Assembly (NCBI RefSeq): GCF_006345805.1
Contig: NW_021828991.1
Span: forward strand, 1-7,099
DNA: 7,099 bases
Source: Octopus sinensis
Taxonomy: Eukaryota
Direction of reading: 5' to 3'
In this document: positions 1 through 7,012 of the stretch, piece after piece
Numbering within the stretch: the first letter of the stretch is position 1
Layout: every line of letters starts with the position of its first letter
Notes under the pieces: generated by a model
Seen by the model: only the letters and a program-made list of their open reading frames with translations
Database searches by the model: none
What the model was told of the DNA's origin: nothing
Translations under genes and position numbers: made by a program

Positions 1-18
1 GTGGTGTGTGTGTGTGTG

Positions 19-84
<66 letters not shown>

Positions 85-92
85 GTGTGTGT
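1..92. repeat. (GT)n microsatellite
   Basis: Near-perfect GT dinucleotide run seen directly. Confidence 0.97.
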
Positions 93-299
93 GAATGATT
101 GTCTATAAAAAAGAGAAACAGAGGTGAAATATTTGCCGAACAACAGGGGTGATGGCGAATATTTTTTAATGTTGATGAGTGGATGAAGAAGAAATGAGGT
201 TAGTGAGTTAAAGAGTGTGGTGGGTGAGGTAATAGTAGGAGGAAAAGGAGAGTGGATGGTGGAGCTGGTGACAACCGTGATGGTAACGTTAGCGACAGA

Positions 300-388
300 G
301 GTGGTGGTGGTGGTGGTGGTGGTAGTGGTGGTGGTGGTGGTGGTGGTGGTGGTGGTGGTGGTAGCCGTGGTGTTGTTGGTGGTGGTGA
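300..388. repeat. (GGT)n trinucleotide microsatellite
   Basis: About 20 GGT units at 300-362 plus a degenerate continuation; explains the poly-Pro and poly-His ORFs. Confidence 0.95.
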
Positions 389-436
389 TGTAATGTAAAA
401 TTTGTCGTTGATAGAATAATATAGTGAGAGAGGGGG

Positions 437-473
437 ATACATATATATATATATATATATGATATATAGATAT

Positions 474-567
<94 letters not shown>
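437..567. repeat. Compound (TA)n-(GATA)n microsatellite abutting the LINE 3' end
   Basis: TA run at about 437-466, then about 25 GATA units to 567, ending just before the LINE poly(A) signal (TTTATT 572-577 = AATAAA on minus). Confidence 0.95.
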
Positions 568-568
<1 letters not shown>

Positions 569-664
569 TTCTTTATTGACCACGCAGGGTTAAACACAGA
601 AGGGACAAAATACAGCTTTTCTTTTTGGGAAGAAGAGAAGGAGAAAAGGGAGGGGGGCGATTTC

Positions 665-755
665 CGATCAAAAGGGATCGTGAAAAAAAGTGGGGTGGAA
701 TTTCGATCAAAAGGGATCGTGAAAAAAAAAGTGGGGCCGATCAATAGGGATCGTG
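665..755. repeat. Three tandem hairpin-containing units (period 39 then 34 bp) in the LINE 3' UTR
   Basis: CGATCAA(A/T)AGGGATCGTG starts at 665, 704 and 738; each contains the inverted pair CGATC/GATCG around a 6-nt loop. Confidence 0.9.
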
Positions 756-921
756 TATCACAGAAATGTCAATGTGAAAAGGGAAAGCAGATTAGGTTTG
801 TCCATGGATAGAAAAGCCTGCGGAAACGACCACGGGTACCTTGGGCAATAGCGTCATGCAAAAAGAAAACACATTACAATGACTGGGTCCCTTTTATTCC
901 TTTCGGTTTTTTTTTCCGGGT

Positions 922-1318
922 TCATAGGATTATGCTCAAGCTGGCTCCGTCATTCACACGTGCCATCCTTGCTACATTCACCCATCTTTTTTTGAAACAT
1001 TCACTAGACAAAACTTCCCTCTCTATTCTCATCTTCCTCTTCAAGTGATACTTGAAGAAGTTGATGTGAGATTGACCAGAGAGGAAAGTGTTTGTCTCTA
1101 GACCTTTCAGACTCGTCCACCAAACACATTCTTTCGCCATAGCCACAAGTACGATGAAAATAACTCTTCCTTCCCGTTTGAAGGAAGGAGGCGTGACGAT
1201 ATTGACGATAGACTCGGCTGATAAACCGACTCGTCCCACACGTGACAGCAGTTGTTCGACATAAGCCCACATTCGGAAATGGTTGGACACTGCACGAGTG
1301 CGTTCAGAACGGTTTTGG
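922..1318 (-). pseudogene. Disrupted LINE ORF2 C-terminal fragment (zinc-knuckle remnant and downstream helices)
   Basis: ORF-track entries 922..1290 and 1107..1295 join into one L1/Tx1-like peptide across a frameshift; no RT or endonuclease motifs upstream. Confidence 0.75.
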
Positions 1319-2100
1319 CTAAGCTGGTACTTTGATACTGGATCTGTCTGAACCCCTCACGGTTGACAAAGGGCTGAGCAGTAACAATAACAGGAGGTTT
1401 TTCCTCTTTGTGTTACCCGTTAGTGGTCTCTCGCCATTGGCAATTTCAACGAAAGAAATCCTGTTGTTCTTGACTTGGGTAAAGCCTTCCTGTGCATCTG
1501 ACATGAGAACTTTATAAGATATCCACGCACGGAGAAGGTCTTTACGTAGGCGATCAGCCTAGTAGAAATAACAGTTAAATCTCCACAAATCATTCTCCAC
1601 TATCTTATAAACGAAAGACACTTTGGATATTGTTATTATAGATATAACGAAAGACAACAAATGTGATGACCACGGTTGAACCAAAAGAGTTGCCTTTAAT
1701 CGCAGGACCGAATAATACCCCTCATTTGCGTTCACATTTAAAACCACATAAAAGTGAAGTCTCTAAAGAACCCCAATGAATAGAGTTTTTGACCTTGAAG
1801 ACCGAAATAGTTTTTAATGTAAGTTACGCACATACGAAACTAAAATTAAACATCCTTTAGTTTTCTCAGCACATATGTAGCCCCATAGATTCGTATATAT
1901 TTTTAATTTGCCTCTGAGACCATAAAGTTTCTTTCCACAACATGTTTTAGAACATACCTCTTCCTCATAGGATTTTTGACAGATTCTTCTCCGAAACGTT
2001 CATTGTCGAATCTATACGGCGTATCCAATCCAAGTCAGGAGTTACAAATGTTCCTACATTAATGCTCCCTATTAATACCCTTTATTCGTTGTCAGTTGTA

Positions 2101-2144
2101 ACACCACACACACGTTCACGCACACACACTCACACATACTACTA

Positions 2145-2205
<61 letters not shown>
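2101..2205. repeat. (CA)n followed by (TAC)n microsatellite
   Basis: Degenerate CA run, then about 22 TAC units; explains the poly-Tyr ORF 2062..2244. Confidence 0.95.
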
Positions 2206-2252
2206 GACTGCCACTACAATACTTATGATAACATGCTTTACTGATTCTTAAG

Positions 2253-2365
2253 CTTATAGAAGTGTAGTGTTAAAAGCGCGTATACATATATCAGTAGCAG
2301 CCGAAAATCGTTTGAGCAGTGGTGGTAACATTGCTAAAAGCACTTTCTGTGGGAACAACGAGCAG
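2253..2365 (-). repeat. Left arm of a long inverted repeat (partner 3817-3928)
   Basis: CTTATAGAAGTGTAGTG...GGGAACAACGAGCAG aligns to the reverse complement of 3817-3928 with 11 mismatches and 1 gap over 113 nt by manual count (about 89%). Confidence 0.93.
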
Positions 2366-2597
2366 TTTGAGATACCTAATTACACATCTGTGCTGCATCG
2401 ATGAGCAGAGATAATGAAAAATATTCTTTAATAAAGACAGAACAACTAAGTATCCTTCAACAACATGATACACTTAAAATTTTTATTTGTCTTGGTTTAG
2501 ACAGAAGAAGAGGCAATGTCCATGTCTGTCACATTTCTCTCAGGCTGGAGAGAGATTCATATAGTTAATATACAGTTAATATCCCGTACTATATATT

Positions 2598-2742
2598 AAA
2601 GCCAGCTAGAGACGACGATCTCTTGGGGCTATAAAGCTACAGTAACACCCCCTCCCCTATGTGGTTAGCCATGATAAGATGGCTTCTATACTTTACATTA
2701 TCGAGCGATTACTGTTTCAATCTCATTCTGAGATTTAATTAT
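2598..2742 (+). repeat. Direct repeat copy 1 (145 bp)
   Basis: AAAGCCAGCTAGAGACGACG...CTGAGATTTAATTAT; differs from copy 2 by about 3 substitutions and 6 extra nt. Confidence 0.96.
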
Positions 2743-2841
2743 GCTTACTGTCAGTTTTTCGATATCAGTGGCAGACGCCACTAGAAAAACTCTTATATAT
2801 TTGCAAGGAAGCCTTCACTTTCGTCGCATCCTGGTGGTTAC

Positions 2842-2884
2842 CGCCCGTTGACAAGGGACAAAAATCCCGAAACTAGTCCGAGCG
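2842..2884 (+). ncRNA. Minimal type I hammerhead ribozyme (U3-A8 core variant)
   Basis: Stem I CGCCCG 2842-2847 / CGAGCG 2879-2884 (one C.A mismatch); core UUGACAA 2848-2854; stem II GGGA/UCCC with a CAAAAA loop 2855-2868; GAAA 2869-2872; short palindromic stem III ACUAGU 2872-2877; GUC cleavage triplet ending at 2878. Confidence 0.87.
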
Positions 2885-2954
2885 TATCACTCAGGCTTGC
2901 GAGGAAGGGATGACCTCCCTTTGCAAATACACCATATCAGTGATATGGGTCTGG

Positions 2955-3093
2955 AAAGCCAGATAGAGACGACGATCTCTGGGGCTATAAAGCTACAGTA
3001 ACACCCTCCCCTATGTGGTTAGCCATGATAAGCGCTTCTGTACTTTCATTATCGAGCGATTACTGTTTCAATCTCATTCTGAGATTTAATTAT
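2955..3093 (+). repeat. Direct repeat copy 2 (139 bp)
   Basis: AAAGCCAGATAGAGACGACG...CTGAGATTTAATTAT. Confidence 0.96.
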
Positions 3094-3294
3094 AGTTAAT
3101 ATACCGTACATCAACAAAACCTGAAAGACGTTGACAAGAAGGTAAAGAGATAAAACGTCTAGATTTTAAACATCGTTTCACTGCCCAAGATAGTTCGCCG
3201 TTGGAGGAGAATGTCACAGCTGCAAATGTGTTTCCTCTTTCTTCATGTATCTGCCGCATAATCCCGATAACCGTGTTAATCATCACAAAAAAGC

Positions 3295-3380
3295 ACCGCC
3301 ACCATATTGTGATGTAATGGTCAACAAGGTTCGTTGGATTATGACAGATAGAGGTTCGATACCGGTGAGCGGTCCTATTT
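3295..3380 (+). other. Degenerate tRNA-like / Pol III type-2 promoter remnant (SINE head or tRNA pseudogene)
   Basis: A-box-like TGATGTAATGG 3310-3320 and B box GGTTCGATACC 3353-3363 at tRNA-like spacing; ACCGC(C)ACC 3295-3303 can pair with GGTGAGCGGT 3364-3373; TTTT at 3377-3380. The cloverleaf is not intact. Confidence 0.4.
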
Positions 3381-3517
3381 TAGTTTGTCTTTGACTCGTG
3401 TTTCTAAAGGGTCAAATTTAATAAGGGAGAAGGAAATAGTTTTAGAATTCATATAAAAGACATAGGCCGAGAATGAATGAGTCAAATAATTGATAACATT
3501 GAGTATACAAAATGATG

Positions 3518-3616
3518 CGTGTGTATGCACGCACACACACGCACACACACACATCGCACACGCACATATATATGTCTGTGTGTACGCATGTGTGTGTATG
3601 TGTGTATGTGTGTGTG
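3518..3616. repeat. Degenerate (CA)n-(TA)-(TG)n compound microsatellite
   Basis: A CA-rich arm and a TG-rich arm around CATATATATG. Confidence 0.9.
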
Positions 3617-3743
3617 TCTACATACATGTTGTATATACATGCGGGACATACACTCACGTATTGAACCGTTAATCCCTACACATTTTCCTCTCTCCGTGTT
3701 TGTTTTTGTTTTTGTTTTTTACTCTCCATTTTTAGCTATAGGC

Positions 3744-3781
3744 TCTCTCCGTCGAAGAGCGTAGGCTCGAAACGTCAAAGA
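3744..3781 (+). ncRNA. Degenerate Penelope-type minimal hammerhead motif
   Basis: TCTCT-CCGTCGA-A-GAGC(GTAG)GCTC-GAAA-CGTC-AAAGA: perfect stem II, GAAA, ACGT palindrome, GUC site at 3776, stem I 4/5 paired. The core deviates from CUGANGA at U4 and A6. Confidence 0.6.
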
Positions 3782-3816
3782 CTTTACCATTCTTCTCGAG
3801 CGTCAAACAAATACCC

Positions 3817-3928
3817 CTGCACGTTGTTCCCACAGAAAGTGCATTTAGCAATGCCACCACCGCTGCTCGGCGATATCCGGCTGCTACTGATATATGTATA
3901 TGCGCTTTTAACACTACACTTCTGTAAG
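3817..3928 (+). repeat. Right arm of a long inverted repeat (partner 2253-2365)
   Basis: Reverse complement is about 89% identical to 2253-2365. Confidence 0.93.
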
Positions 3929-3953
3929 AGACGCATCAACGTAAAAGGGAACA

Positions 3954-3989
3954 AAATGAACAAGTTAAAAGAAATGAACAAGTTAAAAG
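3954..3989. repeat. 18-bp perfect tandem duplication
   Basis: AAATGAACAAGTTAAAAG at 3954-3971 and 3972-3989. Confidence 0.92.
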
Positions 3990-4190
3990 AACAGAACTGT
4001 GTGCTGCAAAAATGCCGAGATAACCAGAAACAAAAGCCGAACACGGTAAAATAATATTAAGAATATTGTCAGTTTCTTTCGAGAAAATACATTAATATAA
4101 GTAAAAAAATAAATAAAGTTATAATTATTGGCAACGTGTAGAGTTCTCTAGTGGACAGTTAGTACAAGGAAGATAATAATTTCTTCATAA

Positions 4191-4578
4191 TCTGTATCTG
4201 TATATATATAAAACTGAAGTTGTCTGTGTTTGGCAGGTTTGGTAGCCTTCAACTAACACTATCTCCTCCGAGACCCTGCGGTGCAAGTTGACCAAAATTG
4301 AGACTATGATAGAAGAAGGCTTGCTCTTCCTTCCGTAAAAGATAAAATTCAAGTCGGACCATGTTAACACCAAAAATTATTTACGTCAAAAACGTGCGTT
4401 TATTTTCTGTGAAAATTCCTATTTTTTACTGCTGCGTCGCCATTTTTCAGTGTATTTCAACCAGAAAATTGTTCGCTTAAGAGAATAACAAGCTACATAA
4501 TGCAAAATTTTTACTTTTCAAAAATTCCAATTCTAAAGGGTCGAAACAAACCCGAGCAACGCCGGGCAATACTGCTAG
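4191..4578 (+). mobile_element. Non-autonomous Helitron (about 385 bp)
   Basis: 5' A|TC start (4191 or 4197) followed by TGTATATATATAAAA; 3' GC-rich hairpin CCCG(A)GC-AAC-GCCGGG 4551-4566, then CTAG 4575-4578 followed by T. Inserted between A and T with no TSD, the established Helitron signature. Confidence 0.85.
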
Positions 4579-5060
4579 TATTTGAAAAGATTAGACATTT
4601 GGGTTTGAAACTGAGTAATAACGAAGATGCAAAGAATACACACATCTAATTTCTTATTTTTATTTATTTACATATTTTACTTATTACGAAGGCCTTAAAT
4701 TTTCCAATCTTAGGAATGGTATTTTTTAATTAAGATCAATTTTTAAAAGTATAATCGCTTTGGAGGTTAGTCTATAATCGTACAGATCAAAACACCCACG
4801 CAGGTGTGATTTATAAAGTGTCACTAACTGACAAAGAAGTTGAAATAGTATGAGTTTTTTTTTCTTTTTCTTTTTTTCTGCTATATGAACTAAAATGAGA
4901 TTTGTGTAAAGTAGAACTAACATGGATTGATACAAGCATACTAGGTAAGAGAAAACGAAAGATTAAAAAGAAAAGAGTAAGAAAAGCTAAACATGAAACC
5001 CAAATAAAACAGAACGTGAGAAAATATGGTAATTCGTTTCCCGGAAGTGTTGGTTTGTGT

Positions 5061-5248
5061 ATCCTTTCTATTATAAACACAAGGTCTAAATTTGAGCGGT
5101 GGGTGGGTGGGGGTTAGGGTTTGTCGATTACATCGACACCAGTGCTCGACTAGTACTTATTTTATCGATCTCCGAAAAAGTGAAAGACGAAGTTGATCTC
5201 GGCTGAATTTGAACTCAGAACGTAAAGACCGACGAAATGCCACTAAGC
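5061..5248 (-). mobile_element. 5'-truncated tRNA-derived SINE (Meta/MESC-like central domain)
   Basis: Minus-strand B box GAGTTCAAATTC (5216-5205), then CTTTCACTTTTTCGGAGATCGATAAAATAAGTAC and GGTGTCGATGTAATCGAC, ending AGAAAGGAT. The A box is missing. Family assignment is from recollection of octopus SINEs. Confidence 0.75.
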
Positions 5249-5294
5249 TTTTATTCCACTCATATGTGTGTGCATGCATACATATCAGCGTGTA

Positions 5295-5339
5295 TATTAT
5301 AAATATATATAATATACATATATATATATATATATATTA

Positions 5340-5414
<75 letters not shown>

Positions 5415-5442
5415 CATATATATTATTATATACATTTATATA
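5295..5442. repeat. (TA)n microsatellite
   Basis: Imperfect TA run between the two SINEs. Confidence 0.95.
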
Positions 5443-5610
5443 GGCGCAGGAGTGGCTGTGTGGTAAGTAGGTTGCTAACCAGCCACATGGTTCCGGGTTC
5501 AGTCCCACTGCGTGGCATCTTGGGCAAGTGTCTTCTGCTATAGCCTCGGGCCGACAAAGCCTGGTGAGTGGATTTGGTAGACGGAAAAAAGAAGCCTTGT
5601 CGATATATGC

Positions 5611-5645
<35 letters not shown>

Positions 5646-5859
5646 CTTGTGTTTGTCCCCCTAGCATTGCTTGACAACCGATGCTGGTGTGTTTACGTCT
5701 CCGTCACTTAGCGGTTCGGCAAAAGAGACCGATAGAATAAGTACTGGGCTTACAAAGAATAAGTCCCCGGGGTCGATTGCTCGACTAAAGGCGGTGCTCC
5801 AGCATGGCCGCAGTCAAATGACTGAAACAAGTAAAAGAGAGTAAAAGAGAAAAGAGAAA

Positions 5860-5860
<1 letters not shown>
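5443..5860 (+). mobile_element. Full-length tRNA-derived SINE (octopus-type) with an internal microsatellite
   Basis: GGCGCAGG start, A box TGGCTGTGTGG 5453-5463, B box GGTTCAGTCCC 5496-5506, CORE-like CTTGGGCAAGT, internal (TA)/(TG) at about 5604-5645, and a repetitive GTAAAAGAGA tail. Confidence 0.88.
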
Positions 5861-5890
<30 letters not shown>

Positions 5891-5952
5891 CTATATATAT
5901 ACATATACATACACACACCACCCACATTATATATTATATATATATATATGTA
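5861..5952. repeat. (TA)n/(CA)n microsatellite
   Basis: Seen directly. Confidence 0.93.
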
Positions 5953-6221
5953 TAAGGGTGAAAAGGAACACACGAGTTGATATATATGAAAAAACAAGTC
6001 AAAAATAGAAAATGCTAAATAATTTTATAGTGAACATTTCAGTACCGGTTTCGGTCATTTTGAGACTTTTCACAACTGTAACGATTAAATAATTAAATTT
6101 AGAAAAATTAGAAGAAAAGTTTTTTTTAAAAGATATTCTATAGTAGTGTTCAGATTTAAGTGGCATTTGCCATTTCTCTGACTCCCTTGTTTGCACTTGT
6201 GTGTCGGAGGTCGTTGTATTA

Positions 6222-6222
6222 C

Positions 6223-6264
<42 letters not shown>

Positions 6265-6281
6265 TATATATTATATATATC

Positions 6282-6313
<32 letters not shown>

Positions 6314-6368
6314 ATATATGTATATGTATGTATGTATGTATCCGTGTGTGTGTGTGTGTGTGTGCGTG
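6222..6368. repeat. (TA)n-(TATG)n-(TG)n compound microsatellite
   Basis: Seen directly. Confidence 0.93.
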
Positions 6369-6535
6369 TTATGAGAGGTAATGGTGGCATTGAGACCCAA
6401 ATGTGTCAGATAATGCTAAATAAGTGCTATAGATAGAACGTAGTTAAGTTCCAGGTTCGGTGATCATGCGAATAAGGGATTCAACGTTGGTGATATGTCA
6501 GCGTGTGTATATAAAAAAAAACTTTTTTCGTAAAG

Positions 6536-6884
6536 AGAACATTCGTCAATATCGACATTTTTTCGGCCATCTTGGAAACGTATGAACCACTTGTACACTG
6601 TGTGCGGCTCATACACTCCTCTCCATACACTTTCTGCAACTTTGCATAGGCCTGTGAACAGGTATCACCATGACAACTTTCTCTGTCGTGGTCAATGCGA
6701 CGACCACACGCTACACACGTTTCTTCCAAGCACTGCTGTAAACAGCCGGAAGTAAGCTAAAACGCTAAAATCTAGTGCCCATGCACTGCAGAGTTGAAGG
6801 TCAATCTTTGCCAAGCGGCTTTACTCTGCGTGCTTTAGCTTCGTTACTATGACAACAGTCCTAATACTTATTGATTAGACCTCG
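6536..6884 (-). mobile_element. Truncated mariner (Tc1/mariner) transposon: 5' TIR plus transposase N-terminal HTH remnant
   Basis: Minus strand starts TA|CGAGGTCTAATCAATAAGTATTAGGACTG (mariner-type TIR about 6884-6856, TA target 6885-6886). The peptide GDTCSQAYAKLQKVYGEECMSRTQ/VYKWFIRFQDGRKNVDIDECS (frameshift near 6598) matches the mariner HTH pattern. The start codon appears mutated (ACG), there is an internal deletion, and no DD34D domain or second TIR is present. Confidence 0.9.
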
Positions 6885-7012
6885 TATATATGTGTGTATG
6901 TATTCATATATATGTGTGTGGTAATATATATAATTATATATTATATATATATATATGTGGGTGTGTGTGGTGTGGTGTGTGTGTGTGTGGTGTGTGTGTG
7001 TGTGTGTTGTGT
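6885..7012. repeat. (TA)n/(GT)n microsatellite
   Basis: Seen directly; provides the TA target of the mariner. Confidence 0.93.

Larger units (their letters stand above)
568..1318 (-). mobile_element. 5'-truncated L1/Tx1-like non-LTR retrotransposon (ORF2 C-terminus plus 3' UTR)
   Basis: Minus strand, joined across a frameshift near 1273, reads KTVLNALVQCPTISE/WAYVEQLLSRVG...IFIVLVAMAKECVWW...FFKYHLKRKMRIERE...FKKRW. This matches the L1/Tx1 ORF2 C-terminal pattern (ETxxHxxxxCP...W...AKxxIW...FxxxW; the His is mutated here). Stop at 922-924, about 350 bp of 3' UTR, AATAAA at 577-572, then (CTAT)n. Confidence 0.8.
2598..3093 (+). mobile_element. Candidate non-LTR retrozyme (about 1.4 copies of a 357-nt hammerhead-containing unit)
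   Basis: Direct repeats 2598-2742 and 2955-3093 (period 357), a central type I hammerhead, extensive internal base-pairing, no ORF, and flanking duplication AGTTAATAT(C/A)CCGTAC at 2574-2589 and 3094-3109. Confidence 0.78.
3662..3928 (+). mobile_element. Penelope-like pseudo-LTR / hammerhead-bearing repeat fragment
   Basis: A pyrimidine-rich tract followed by a minimal hammerhead-like motif typical of Penelope pLTRs, running into a segment that has a second inverted copy in this window. Boundaries are approximate. Confidence 0.5.

Noticed and set aside
200-744. ORFs 200..583 and 289..744 (poly-Pro, poly-His, IYLS repeats)
   Set aside because: Translations of stop-free microsatellites.
665-755. 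CRISPR-like palindromic repeats with spacers
   Set aside because: Only three units, the spacers are similar to each other, the context is a eukaryotic LINE UTR, and there are no cas genes.
2753-2775. Minus-strand hammerhead (CTGATATCGAAA) suggesting an ambisense ribozyme pair
   Set aside because: The core is incomplete and there is no stem II between CTGA and GAAA.
2598-3093. TRIM / mini LTR retrotransposon
   Set aside because: No TG...CA termini, no evident PBS or PPT, no 4-6 bp TSD; a hairpin spans the repeat junction and the hammerhead lies outside the repeats.
2955-3093. Using divergence between the direct repeats to date the insertion
   Set aside because: Most differences are short deletions in copy 2, some in homopolymers, and could be long-read or assembly errors.
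2253-3928. Single DNA transposon with 113-bp TIRs
   Set aside because: No TSD, recognisable terminal motif or transposase; kept only as an unexplained inverted pair.
3442-4054. Cluster of short overlapping ORFs
   Set aside because: They derive from microsatellite and repeat sequence and show no recognisable domain.
4726-5117. Lys/Arg-rich or Phe/Leu-rich short ORFs
   Set aside because: By-products of A-rich and T-rich low-complexity DNA.
5260-6436. ORFs overlapping the SINE and TA repeats
   Set aside because: Composed of SINE antisense sequence and IY repeats.
6481-6729. Intact 82-aa gene
   Set aside because: Only the middle part is mariner transposase; it is frameshifted, deleted and truncated.
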